Below, in pieces: positions 1-12,985 of a DNA stretch of 64,000 bases. Position numbers and translations under genes: made by a program. The stretch comes from Monocercomonoides exilis PA203 (taxonomy: Eukaryota > Protista > Preaxostyla). Location: contig LSRY02000001.1 of NCBI GenBank assembly GCA_001643675.2, forward strand, positions 2,649,097 through 2,713,096, written 5' to 3'. The notes below the pieces were generated by a model. That model did not search any database and was not told where the DNA came from. It saw only the letters and a program-made list of their open reading frames with translations. The first letter of the stretch is position 1; each line of letters begins with the position of its first letter.

Positions 1-470
1 TTCTCTATAAGCAATTACCGAATGAAAAATGTGTTGGCCTTTTCAGCAGAATTGTTCAGATATATAGAGCAGCGAAGGATAATTGCGGAGATATTTGCAA
101 GCAATGCATTTTATGCATTCAAAGAGCATCAGGAAACAGGACTGTGAAAATTGATGACTTGTTGAAAGGAGGAGCAGTTGATGCTGTTTTGGAGGAGAAT
201 CAACAATCAACGTTGAATAAAGAGAAATTATATGATTGCTTGGACTTCTTTTTGAATGTTTCATGTCGATTGAAAGAAAAGAAAGGAGAGGAGGATGATG
301 AATTTGAAGAAGCTAAAAGAAAGATAACGAAAATGGAGATATATGAAAAATTGGAAGAAGAAGGATACGAAGATTACATAAAATGCTTTCTTGAAGCTTC
401 AAAACATTTTCAACGTTATTATTCTTGTAGTTTATCGTTGAGCATTTCTCATTATTTTGTATTCGTTTAA
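1..470 (+). pseudogene. 3' fragment of a lineage-expanded hypothetical (helical) protein family, paralog of 23900-25190
   Basis: Peptide VKIDDLLKGGAVDAVLEENQQSTL...CLDFFLNVSCRLKE matches VKVEDLLRGGAVDAVLVEIHQTTF...CLNFFVYISKRLNE at 24815-25177. Truncated by the window edge, so pseudogene status is uncertain. Confidence 0.55.
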
Positions 471-540
471 ATCAAAAGCGCTTTTTCTATTTCTGATTTT
501 TCGGAAATTGTATTTGAAAAGTCAGGGCAAAAAAGGAACA

Positions 541-1020
541 CAGAAGAAGAAGAAGTGGAGGAGGAAGAAGAAGAAGAAGAGGATGAACGAAGTGAAGAAA
601 GAGAAGAAGAGGAGGAGGAAGAGGATGAAGAAGAAGAGGAAGAAGGAGAACGAGAAGAAGAGGAACGAGTTGGAGAAGAAGAAGAAGGGAGAAGAAGAGA
701 AAGAAAGAGATAAAGAAGATCAAAGAGAAGAGAAAGAAAGAGATAAAGAAGATAAAGAAGATAAAAGAGAAGAGAAAGAAGAAGAAATTTCGAAGCATTC
801 CAAAAAAGGCATATCAAAACATTCAACTTCGCAGAAAAGAGTAAGACAAATGAATAAACCTCAGCATCATCATCGGTATAAAAGAAATAATTCTGCTTTA
901 TTTTCCTCTTCCTCCTCCTCCTCTTCCTTCTTCTTCTTCCTCTTCATCATCATCTTCTTCTTCTTCTTCTTCTCCTCCTCCTCCTTCTTCTTCTTCTTCA
1001 ACTTTTGCTCCTTCTTCAAC
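541..1020. repeat. Low-complexity GAA/GAG purine tract followed by TTC/CTC pyrimidine tract
   Basis: Directly visible trinucleotide-like runs at 541-790 and 901-1020. Confidence 0.8.
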
Positions 1021-1865
1021 AACTTCATTGACTAACTTAAAAATAACCATGTCGATATGCACAAATGAAGAAGAGGCTGATACAGAACAAAAATGAACAT
1101 TTTGAGAAGATGTTAAAGAGGACAAATGCATAATCACTCCAGAATAGAGAAGGTGGAAAAGGAAAAAATGGCTTCACTTCGTTCCTAATAGCAAGAGGCA
1201 AAGAATGCGATTCATTGAATGGAATGCGTTGAACCTCTTTCTACTCGTTAACAAGCTTCCTCTTCATGTTCTTCACTTAAACTTCTCCTCAATTTCTCCT
1301 TTTGATTCAAAGCCTTTCATGTTTTATCCTTCTCTGCATTCGCCTGTTCTTGTTTGAATCCGCTTGATGCTTCATTTGATTACAATAGATGAGAAAAGGA
1401 AGCTATAAACTCTAAAGTGGATGCAACAACTTTGAAATTGGTGGAATAGAATCTTAACATACAGCTGAACAAGAGGAAAAAAAAGAAGAATAGGAAAATA
1501 GAGAATTCTGTAAAGATAAGAGGACAAAGAATAAGTTGAAAGCATGTTTGCAGATTGAAGCTGTCGAATTTGATAAGCGTTGCCATATGAATCCATTTTA
1601 TTCAGACAAGTGATGATTCTGACAACAAAAGGCGAATGCCTCGGAGACGAACAGGCGGAATGTGCAGAGCTTAAAGAGAAAGAATAAATTAATGAAGCAT
1701 CAGCTTCAAATACAGTCACGGCGATAAACTTATAATTCTCAGTTTATGAAGCGATTCTATTTTGTTGAAGCTCAAATGAGTTTAGAAATTCATTTCTTCT
1801 TTTTTCAGTTCATTGAATCTTCATCTTCTTCTTCAATTGGCTCATAAAAGATTTATTTAGAGTTT

Positions 1866-2070
1866 AATTCCTTCTTTCTGAACAGTTTTTTTTCCAGTGA
1901 TAATTCTGCAACTCAGTCGAAGATAGACTTGTCAAATGGAAGTGAAATGAAGCATGCGAAATCGATCGAAGAAGCACACACAAATGCAGCAAATGTGAAG
2001 AAGAAGGGGAAAGAAGTGAAAGAAGAAGTTTTCATTTGGAGTTTGCATCAAAGTTTGCAATTCAACGAGA
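1866..2070 (+). repeat. Dispersed duplicated segment (second copy ~25875-26070)
   Basis: Shared sequence such as AGACTTGTCAAATGGAAGTGAAATGAAGCATGCGAAATCGAT.GAA.AAGCACAC.CAAA...AGCAAATGTGAAGAAGAAG. Confidence 0.85.
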
Positions 2071-4046
2071 ATTTTTCAACTTCTTTTCAATCAAGTAGTT
2101 TTGTGATTCAAAGAAAAGCAAATAACAAAAGGAAGAAATATTGAGAAACCTCATTTTAAGATTTTTAAATGTCTGCAAACCTATCCTTCATGAAAATTTG
2201 CTGTGAAGAACAATTAACGAAATATCTTGAAAATTCTATTTCAATGAAAAAGAAATGGAAGAAAATTTTCGAAATGAAATTTTATTCAAAAACAACCCTT
2301 TATAAGCGCAAAATGAAGTTGAATTTCTTATTTGAGCAATAATTTGTTGATTTGCTATTCTATTTATTTATGGTTTTTTGATCTGAATTCAAATTTGATG
2401 TGAAGGGATTATGGGGTATAATATTTTTGTAATTTTTATTGAGAATGTTTTAAAAATGCAAAAATGAATTGAATTAATAAAAATACATTTTCAAACAATA
2501 TTCATTTTATATTCATGAGAAGATAAAGATATTCTTTAAAAAGTTAATTGAGTTTTTCTTTGAAAAGGCATTTTTCTTTCTTATTTTTTGTTTTTCCTTT
2601 TATTTTTTTCATTTTATTTAAAAAGCCAACTAACACTTTAAGAAAACATTGTCAAATTATAAATTTTTGATTTTTTGTTGTTTTATCAAACGAAATTGCG
2701 AAGCTGCAATTTTCGAGTCAAAATTGTTTGATTTATTAATTTATCAAGAAATTGGTCATATCTATGCAATTAAAAGGGAAGAATTTATGCAAATCATTGT
2801 GTTCATGAATTTACAATAAAAAAATTTTTTTGCCATTTTCACATGAAAGAAATGAAAGAAAAAATGACAAAGGAATATCTATTTAACCTTCAACTGAGTT
2901 TTTTCATCTCTTCTTTAAAGAATATTCATCGTAATATCCATTTTGGGAACATTTCTGTTCGGCCTTTTCAAAGAACTCACTCCACCACTCTTTCATCGAC
3001 AACGCTTTCTTATATCCGCTGAGTTTCTTTTCTTTTACTGTCATTTTCAATACAATTCTTTGCAAAAATTGAACATCTTCATCTTCAATTTCTTTTTCAG
3101 TATTGTTAACTACCTTCTCATTTTCCAAAAGTTCAGTGGTAAGAGGAACAATTAATTGTTCTTTCTGTTTTTCTTTTCTTTTTCAAAATTGGGAATAACC
3201 ATTTCCTTTGCTCCAAAATAATCTCTTTCTATTTCTTTCTCCTTTTCTTTTTCTATTTCTTTTTCAATATAAAAAACGTCTCAATCGCTTTCTTCATCTT
3301 CAATCAAAGTTGGCTGAGTTAATTTATCTAATAAATATTATAAAAACATTTATTGTAAAAATTCTTTGATAAAAAAATTCACAAAAATAACCTGAAATTT
3401 TTTTTTGTTGGTGTTTCTTCTTCCATGCTGTCTTCAGGCCACTGCGATTCTTCGTGCAGCATCAGTCGTTTTTCTTCCGCAAAAATTGCCTCCGCTTCAA
3501 ATGAATAGCATGAAGCGCTTTTATTCTTTGCTAAATATATTTTTAATAGATAAATTAAAAGAAAATCATTCAACAATTTTTAATTTAACAGATAATTCAA
3601 ACAAATATTCATGCATTCCATGAAAATATTAAAGAAGAATTTAACGACAATTTTAGTCCAACAAAAGAAGATTTTTAATTGTATATATACTTAATTTTAA
3701 ACATTCAAATTACGGAAAGATCTTAAAAAAATATCAAAATTCCCTTTATCTGAATTTTGTTAATGATTTTTTCCAACCAATTGCTCATTGAAACTAAGTG
3801 CAAATATATCAGAACGATGCACTATTATCATTCACAGAACATATATTTTTTCCAGAGTTATCATATTGTTATTCTATTTTTTATAAATTTTTTTCATTTT
3901 GAAGAATAATGAAAAAATTCAATGTTTTTTGCAACATGTGTCTAGGATCTTGAAGAAAATAATATATGTGCAACTCCTCAACACATGTTTCATATGCTCC
4001 AAAAATCTCCAATCAGTTATTCATAGTTGTGGAGAAAAAAAAATTA

Positions 4047-4481
4047 CAGTCAAAACCGGATTTAATCACATCGGTTTTTGCTCGACTTTTTGTGACTATA
4101 TCCGATTGTGATTATAAACGATGTGACTCAACACAGAAAAAAATGAAATTTTATTTTTGAAATAATTAATTTTGGGTCAATTTTTTTATTTTTGAAAAAA
4201 CTTGACAAATACACATTTTTCAATAGAAATAACAATTTTTATTGTTTTATTATGTTATTCAGACTTATTTAAACAATATTTTGAAAAAGCGAAAAATTGA
4301 AATTTTTGATCAAAAAATCGATTTTTCATTGAAAAATCCACCCATAATGAAAAAAATAGTGATTATATATTTTCAGCCCTTTGATTATATGCGATTGGAA
4401 ATGAATGAAAAATTGGACAAAAATGTCGGTGCATCGAATAATGTGACAATATACGAATGCGATTATATCCGGTTTTGAGTG
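4047..4481. mobile_element. MITE / non-autonomous Tc1-mariner(pogo)-type element, 435 bp
   Basis: Left end TA|CAGTCAAAACCGGATTTAATCACA; right end (reverse complement) TA|CACTCAAAACCGGATATAATCGCA. 24-bp TIR with 3 mismatches, TA target duplication, no coding capacity. Confidence 0.8.
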
Positions 4482-4895
4482 TATTAATAATAATTTCTTT
4501 GAAAAATTTTGATCAAAAAATTCCAAAAAAAATTGTGATCAATGTTTTGATCGCAAAAAAAATATGTAGCGAAACTCCGCCTAAACCTCATGAAACGTTC
4601 CCAATGTGATGCTGAGGCTGTAGAAGGGATGAAAAACCACATGCTCGCTGTACCAAACTTGGTGTGATTAAACTATTATCTTTTCATAGAAAATAACCTG
4701 CTTTTTTGGATCATTTCAGTCATTGCTTTTCATGAATGGAATAGATCCCAATCAAAATGCAATATATTATGCACTATCAAATAATGCATATATGCACCAA
4801 TTTTGAACGTGATCGGTTTGTCCAATTTAGAAATAATGTTGAATAAAATTATTTCCTTTTCCAATTATTGATATGTTTTTAATATGCAATAACAA

Positions 4896-4914
4896 TAAGG
4901 GTTAGGGTTAGTTA
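4896..4914 (+). repeat. Short interstitial telomere-like tract
   Basis: TAAGGGTTAGGGTTAGTTA, same polarity as the terminal G-strand. Confidence 0.6.
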
Positions 4915-6769
4915 TACGTCGGAATTTTTAAATAAAACTCTGGAAAGAAACTGAAAATAATAATTAGAAATAAAAACAGATAAAATAAGTCCCATATTTT
5001 TTGTATTTCAATTATCATTAATCAATTATTAATTTTATTCCTGCACAGGTGAAACTGTCTGCCTTTTGCAATTCTTGTTTTTAAAGATTTTTTTGCGATG
5101 TTTGAAAAGCAAAAATTATTTAAAAACTTTTCCATGGATCGTTTTTTCGAGAAAAATTTTGTTTCTCGCAAAAAAAACTATTATAAAAAATGAACCATTA
5201 ATATGAGTGTTTTTTCAAAAAATTAGCAATAACTGATATTTTTGAAATAATAAGTTGATGAAAGGTCATCAATTGTTGTATTAACCTTTTGTATCAAGGA
5301 ATTTTTGAGAAATAAAATACAAAATAAAAATAAATTGAACGATAAAAATTATTAGATCAATCCCTCAATTATATTTTAAAAATCCACATAATGGGACAAA
5401 ATTTTTTGCTGTATGAATAATGTTCCACAAAGTCCTTACAAAGATTTTTTTCGACTTTTTCATATTTCAATATTTAACGGTGCACAGTTATGTCAGAATG
5501 AGATCTATAATTGCATAAAAAGTTTGTTACAAATCATTATCTTTTTCATTAATGAAAGAATTCAGTACCAAATAAGAAATAACTTTCTTTCGTCATGAAT
5601 TGAACCCCCGCTTGCGAACATAAGACAAATCAAATGGATAGATAAAATATTTAAGTTCACACTAAAAGATTATTTATATTTCTTTCTTTCCTTAATGAAT
5701 TTTGATTAAGATTATAAAGATGAAAATTTTTATGCAGCATGAGGACATACGCATGAAGCCATGGTGATCATGAAAAAGAAGCATTGGATTAACGCGTGCA
5801 TGCATTCTTTTTTAATAATTAACTGTATTTTTTCAAATTTTTTGACATTTCTTAATTAACATTGTATATTTTCTTATCAAACATGAAGAATGTTGTTGAC
5901 AAAGCAGAGTTGAATGCAAAAGATTCTTCAAATTGCACAGGGAGAGAAGAAAAAGGAATTTTTCTGAATATTAAAAACAGAGAAAACTGGATACACATTT
6001 GAGAAGATTAAATTCTTGACTAACAATGCAAAATGGAGGAAATATAATTGTGATACGATCATCACAAAAAAAACATTTGAACGTATCACACCAACAACAA
6101 TTGTTCAGATTACGACTTTTCGAACTTTAATTCTAAGTATATATAAGTCAAATATATTTGATTTGATAGAATAAAATGGAGATCTTTGAATCAACAATAG
6201 TTCATTTGATGAAACATCCGCGTCACATTCCTTTTGATGTGAACATTTTTGGAGTGACGTGACGTGAAAGAAAAAAATATCTATCACTTATTAAAAATAT
6301 AATTTTTGAAATTCAAAATCGAAATGAAAAGTGAAATAGATAAGTATTTCAACTTTATTAAATATAATTTTGGATGTCAAAATTCTAATTATTATTATCT
6401 TGTTGTTCATTTTTAATTCAATAAAATGAACAATGGGTTGCTTCGTGATCTTTTTTATGATATAATATCACGGCACTCGCGTCACTGCCTGTCACTGACG
6501 TGATTTAAGTCAACTGTCCATTTTTTCAAATGTATGTGTTTTTAACTTGAAAAAATGTATTCATTAAAGTTTTCAACTTGCAAAAATTTTTGTTTTTATT
6601 GTTTGTGAATAATTTTCTTTTTCACAATTTTTCTATTATTATTTCTAAACATTTCTAACGTTAAAGCATGTTCTTCTCGTATATATGGAGCGGACAAAAG
6701 ATACGCCTATTAAACTCAAACAATAACAGGAGTTTAGAGGTTGAGCACAAGATGCAAATGGCAGGAAGA

Positions 6770-8010
6770 GGTGGATTGCGTGTGTTAAAATAAGCGTGGT
6801 GTGGTGGATATATATCAGCAGGCAGGGTACGTCGAAAAGTGCAGAGCATTAGCAATGCTGGTTGTGGTTATGGAGTTGCTTTTATTGGTGTAAACGACGA
6901 TATTTGAAAATGTGGATGGGAGATTGGGGTGGAATAAAGGATCTGTGCTTGGAGTTGAGGAGTGTGTGATGAGAGGGGAGGCGCAGAGCCAGAGCGCTCC
7001 GGATGCGATCCTGTGGTGGAGATAGCGGGCGAAATTGGGTAGCACATCAGTGAGCGAGGCATTTGATTCTAGGAGCAGGAGCGGGCTGTGCAGGATGGTG
7101 TCGCAGCTGGTGCTTGTGGAGGAGTGAGAGTGCAGGGTGTGGAACATGAGCGTGGTGAACTCGTCGAAGGGCGGGATCGGGCAGCGCAGGGGCGTGGTGG
7201 TGGTGGATGGGGTGGAGATCGTGGACAACAATCTACTGATTGAAGGGGATCTGTCGGTGGTGCAGAACTATGTGCACAGTTGGAAGCAAAGTTGGAAGAA
7301 GTTTGCAGTACGGGGGCTGGTGTAATGCAGGCGGCACATCCAGTAAATTGTGCGGGTTGTAGCGGGAGCGAGCGAGTGAAGTTATACTGATTTGAAAACA
7401 CAAGGCAGAACACGGAGCGGTTGGAGTACAGGAGGATCGTGTGGGATGCAATTGAAAAGAATGGGGTGGGGGAGGTTGTGTAAGCTCATGTGGTGTATTC
7501 AAGCGAGGAGCTGGCTGTGGAGGAGCAGGCAGGGTAAAAAGGATCAGAGTGAGGGCAGGGGAAGGAGGCAAAGGATCTGGGAAAATTCAACTCGACATCA
7601 GCAATTTCGCTGAAAAGGAGAAAAAAAAGGGAGGGCTGTTGGCGGGGCCTGTTTGAGCTGTATGTGTGGACAATCATTCATCATGTTGTGGTGAGTGCGG
7701 TGAGTGTGATAGTCGTGGTGGTGATTGTGGTGTGCCGTGTGCGGTAGCTGTGGCAAGGGAAGCAGCAGCAGAGGTGGCTTGTGCAACCTAAGGAGATGGA
7801 AGAGACAAAGCGAAAGAACAAAGTGTGGAGTGGATGCTCCGAAAGCATTAAAAGAATTGAAGGTGGAGCTGGAGAAGAAAGTGGTGAAGAAGGACGGAGG
7901 TTTGCAATGGAAATGAAAAAGGGAATGGAGGATGTGGGAAGAGAAAAAAGGAGGGGAAGTGTGGGGTTTGGAAAGAGGAAGAAAAGTCATGTCACCTTAT
8001 CCGGACACTG
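6770..8010 (+). pseudogene. Highly degenerate Mutator-like (MULE) transposase relic
   Basis: G-rich island. Broken frames give, in the expected order, GVVVVDG (possible 2nd Asp), DISNFAEK (resembles the T-S/N-N-x-x-E-S Glu motif) and CDSRGGDCGVPCAVAVA (SWIM-finger-like). Many stops; no TIRs identified. Confidence 0.35.
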
Positions 8011-8639
8011 AGCATAACGAGTTTTGAAGCCTACCGATTAGGTTGGTCATTCAGGGATGCGGCCAAATGAAAAGGTGAAAATTCACTCAAACCGGATAAT
8101 GTCATTCACCTCAAATGTTTTTGTTAGATGTGTGTCTTTTGTTAATCAAAGAAAGAGTTTGACATCACCAATTCATGTCGCAATTATAAATCTTTCACTT
8201 TATCATTACGAATGACTTCAATGAAGGAATTATTCTTTATCATTTTTTTATCATTGAAAAAACAATCGATGAAACATTTTCTTTAATTCAGCTTTAATAC
8301 AACGTTTGCATTGAATCAAGAGAGATAAAATGAAAGCAAGAACATTCCTGATGGTATTTATCATGAGAAGCTTCGAATTCTTCACTTTATTCGTTTTTTG
8401 GACAACACAATCACATTCATTGAAAGTGGTTTAATTAAAAAGCGGTTATTTCCTTTGCCATAAAATTCATAATTATTTGAAATAAGTTTCAATAATATTC
8501 CTATTTTTTTTGAAATTTGTTATTGAAATAACATCGAAATGAAAAAAATGGATTCAGAAAAAATAATGAAAAAGAATGAAAAACATGAATAAGAAAATTA
8601 AATGTGAAAAATAAATAAAAATTTTATTTGTTGTATTTT

Positions 8640-10084
8640 TCTTTTTCTTCTCTTTCTTCTTTTTTCATTAGATTTCTCCATCTGTCATAACAATCTGAAG
8701 CAGTTTTGTTTTCAGGAAGTTCACAAATTTCATTCCACTCTTCTTTTTTATTTCTATTTTTTCACAAAATTTTATCTTCTTCTTTTGTCCACATTTCATT
8801 TTTTTTTCCGTTTTTATCTTTTTCTCATTTCTCCAATTTATGTTTCGTCAAACTTTGTTTCTCCATATGAACTTGATTTTCTCTCACAAACATTTTCACA
8901 AAGGTTTTCTCTTTCATATATGTCCAAAAAATCTCCACTATATCATCAAAACAAGAAGGATCCAATTTCAAAATAAATATCAAATCTTTCCTCCTAACTT
9001 CAGCTCTTGCATTCGATTTGATTGATGAAAAGAAACGGGATGTTGTTTTCTCGCAAAGAGGTTCATATTTTTGTTTTGCTTTTTCCTCCAAATTTGCTTC
9101 TTCCTTTGTGTATTCAGAAAGAGCAAGTTGAAACAAGTGTATACACGTATCTGTTGAATTGCGAATTCCTTCTCTCACTTTTCAATTTGTTAAAAATTTA
9201 TTGAATAAAAATTTAAAAAGTGTCGTATAATAATTCTTCTTCTGTGTCCGAAGTTAGATTCTGTGATAATTTTGAATTGTCAGCATTCTCTTATCAACAA
9301 ATGACTTTTTTTCCTTCTTTTTTCCAATAATATTTCATGTTGCAATTATTGTTCTTGTCGCAACTCGTTTGACATATGTCATTTCAGATTTAGAGAAAGG
9401 AATACACCCTGCAATCAAAGCACACGTTTCCAACACTGCATCTCTTTCCTCTCTATTCACTCCTGCCTTCAAAATTGCTGAGTACAGAAAACAACTCCGA
9501 AAAGAATGAAATCCAAACTCTTCTGGAGGAAATCCCGCAAGCTCCAATCTTTTCTTCAACCTTGTCCTCATTTCTTCAGTTCCATATGACCATAACAGTT
9601 TATCACCATTTTCCTTCAAAGGCCACAACTTTTCATTGTATAAATCCAAACCAAATTTGTTCAGAATAAACTTTCTCAACCAATAAACAGCATCAAGAGA
9701 TTTGTCTTCCTCAGATAATTTTTCTAATGTCACAGGATGATAACAATTTGATGATCCTTTGCACCTCATTAATCGAACATTTACAAATAATCTTCCATCA
9801 TCCTCTTTCACTTCTTTTCTAATGTCACACAACCAAACATTTCCGCACGTAATTGCTCTTGCTCCAACATGAAGAGCAAATAAAAATAATGATGCTTCCT
9901 CCGCCTTCCCCTCAAAACAATCTGGAATGCTTTCAATCAAGAACTTCACGTCAAACGTCACAAGAGGTTGTTTCCCTTCTCCTCTATGTTTCAATGATTT
10001 ATCCCTTCTCAATTCCATTATAGTTTTGTTTATTTGGGTCATTATTTTTGAAAGCATGCAAGTTCTGTTAAAATTTTCGGTCAT
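8640..10084 (-). pseudogene. Tyrosine recombinase-Myb element gene, copy A (5'-truncated, disrupted)
   Basis: ORF 9335-10084 has GARA, FHSFRS and TYV YR motifs. Manual translation of 8791->8650 gives WTKEEDKIL*KNRNKKEEWNEICELPENKTASDCYDRWRNLMKK, a Myb repeat missing from the ORF track. Confidence 0.85.
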
Positions 10085-11561
10085 TTTTCATGTTTCGTAA
10101 AATTGTTGAATTTTCAAATATAACAACAAGTATATATAAAATTTATGTTAAAAACAGTTTTTTAAAATTTATTGAGTGAGCATTTGCTATTTTGAAACAC
10201 AAAAGTATTTTTTTTGCTCATTTCACTAAATGATCATATTATTCCATCATTTTCATGACACTTCTGTTTAACTTTAGGTAATAATAATATTTTCGTGAGA
10301 AAAAAGAAAAGTGAAAAAACATTATCTATCGTTTTCTCATTAAAAATTTCAGCAATTATTTTTCTGATCATAATAAAACATTCGATATTGTTTATGTGAA
10401 GAATTGACGGTCACATGATATTCAAAAATAGCATTGAAGATAGCAGTTCGATGAAAAAATAATAGCTTGTTTTCAATATTAATTCAGTTTGTTCTTTGTT
10501 TTTAAACAATACAATATCAAAATTTTGCAAACCCAAACACTTGATCGTGAATTTTTCATCAGATAAATCTGTGCAAAATATGATGATCTTTTCAAATATC
10601 TGTTCTGTTTCAGAACATCTTCTACGGAAATGTATTCACATACAAATAAATAATTTGATGCAAAATGTTCAGCGTAAGCATTCATGCTATTAATTTCATG
10701 GAATAACAAAATTGTCAAAGGAACAATGTGAATTTTCTACGATGCAAGAAACATTTCTCTTTTTCTGTATTTCGTCATTCTGATAAAGGAAAAAATTTAG
10801 CAAAAATTCAAATTTTCTTTACACCGCTATTTCACGTTCTTATCAGCCAATAACACAATCCTTTCATTTGATTTCTCATTTTGCTATAAACAATTCGAAA
10901 GTGTCTCAAACCGCGGTTATTATTTGCTTCAAGTTTTGCTGTGTGAAAATGATTTCAAAACGGTTTTAAACTCTAAATATTCCGATAAATTGATGAAAAC
11001 AGTTTCTGATTGTGTTTCACTATGGTAAAGAATTTTTTAACTGAGTGGATTCAAGAAGCTCATCATCACTTTGCAAGTGAAGCAGAAGATTCAGTGAAAT
11101 CACCCAGAAGAAACAATACGGTTTCTGAATATAAAGATTTTGGGAATGCAACACACATCTATTACAAAAAAAGAGCACTGAATCAATATACAAATATAAA
11201 GATAACACATAAGTCAAATATTTCATTTTGAACATTCTAAACATTACTGAAACAGTGAAAGCCTTTCAGAGAATATATTTTCTTTTATTCAAATGAAAAC
11301 ATCATATGTTTTTTATTCTTTATCGAAAAATAATAAATCACATTCTCTCAACAGTTATTTTATTTTTGCATGAACAATATCTCCAAAACTTTCGAAAAAT
11401 ACAGATTTTAAAATTTTTTGGAAATAAATGAATACAAAAATATTTAAATCAAAAATTCCGGCCGAAAAAGTTAATACAAAACAAAACAAAATTATCAAAT
11501 AATAAACTTTCATTTAATTTTGAATTGGTTCAAAAATGACTTATCAAGCGTTTGCCCTGGG

Positions 11562-11718
11562 AGGCTGATTCTGGACCCAAAGCCTTCAAGGGACTGTGCT
11601 GGACCGGTCACAGCACAGTCCCAGGACGGAATCAGCCTAGCCCCTTCATTTTCTGCACACAGCAAAAAAACGGGGGTACTTAAATTTTTTTTGGAAAAAT
11701 AATCCAAAAAAATTTAAG
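11562..11718. other. GC-rich nested inverted-repeat cluster just 3' of the transposase gene
   Basis: AGGCTGATTC(11562)/GAATCAGCCT(11629) enclose GGGACTGTGCTG-GACCGGTC-A-CAGCACAGTCCC (11590-11622). A second hairpin, CTTAAA-T8-GGA / TCC-A7-TTTAAG, lies at 11679-11718. Confidence 0.8.
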
Positions 11719-11811
11719 CTTGAGCAACAAACAACTTGAAAAGTCCATTTTCAAAACAAAGACAAAATTATTCGAAAGCAGAATACAACAAATCGAATAA
11801 CTTTGATAAAA

Positions 11812-12981
11812 CTAATTCAAAAAACAACAGTGTTTTTTTCTTTCAGCGAACAATTTTAACGTGTTGCTTCCAATTAACTCAACTTGTGGAACAGACTCAC
11901 GAATTGAAAATTGTTTTTTATTTTTTTCATCTCTCACCCTTTCCTCTTTAAAATTCATCTTTTCATCCCCTCTTGAATTCGATGGAGAAGCAACAGATCT
12001 GTAAATATTTTCATTTCGCTTTTCGTAAAATAAGAAGGTTTTCAATGCATCTGCCTTTAGCTTTTTCCAAAGAATTTTATTAGAAGCGTTGTATCTGAAA
12101 AAATATATTATTGAAAAAAGAAATAAGATCAACAATCATCAAAATAAAAAATAAAAAAATATTGCAACCTTAAAAAATACCGATATGTATTTTTTTGTTC
12201 ATTAAGGTCAAAATCTTTCAGTGAATGAGAGTTGTGTGTGATCTTATTGAAAAAATCAATTTGTTCATCTATATTATTTATTGAGATATCATTGCTCAAC
12301 TCGTAATTTAGCAGACGTGTCAAACTCCCGAACTCGCCATCACACTCACATTTCCCATGTTTTTCACAAAAAAATGATAAAGTGGTGGTTTTATTTTTTG
12401 CAAATGAAGAATTATTAGACAAAAGGAAATGAAGGAGTTGTGAATTGCGAAAGTGTGGTCCAGTGTCACACATGAAATGAAATGTGTTTGTTTGTTGAAG
12501 CATTGGCAATGAAAGAACGTTTTGCAAACACTCAATGGCAAATCGATAATCATGAGAGAGAATCTTTGAAAAGAAATTGAAAACGTGTTTTGTTCTGTTG
12601 TTTTTATCGTCCAAAACATAAACAATTACACAAAAGTGAGATGCACTTTCTTTGGAATAGAAATTTTTGCTCAGTTGATTTCTCCGAATTGGAAAAGTCC
12701 AATTTTCTTTAAAGTCAAATAGAATTAATGCTTCGTTTGGAGTTAAGTTGTTCTTCAAAAATCTGAAGTGACTTTGTTGATGAGATGCAAGAAGTCGATG
12801 ATCTTCAATAAGTTGCATTGTCTCCTTTTCTTTTTCTGAAAGATCAGAATTCTTTGATTTGAGGTTGTCTCGTTTCTTTTGAAGAGAGGAATACATTTCG
12901 CATAAATGGCATAAATCTGTTCGACGTTTGGCCTGCTTAATATGTTTGGTTTTTTTATAAAATGTGCTTTTGGACATTTTT
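11812..12981 (-). CDS. C-terminal (catalytic) half of a Sola-like DDD transposase; predicted intron 12095-12168
   Basis: Motifs TDLCHLCE, LFDFKEN, FMCDTGPHFRN and FFCEKHGKCECDGEFG. A 74-nt GT..AG intron joins it in frame (FLR|YNAS) to ORF 11812-12135. Family assignment is from recalled motifs, not a search. Confidence 0.75.
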
Positions 12982-12985
12982 ATAT

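Noticed and set aside
457-1137. K/E/S/F-rich ORFs here and at 25328-25829
   Set aside because: Translations of simple repeats and poly-T tracts with no domain evidence.
11590-11640. Hairpin plus CTAG as a Helitron 3' end, or CAGG-AC-GGAA-TC-AGC as SRP RNA helix 8
   Set aside because: CTAG is followed by C rather than the expected T and no Rep/helicase is seen. The bases flanking GGAA do not pair as SRP requires.
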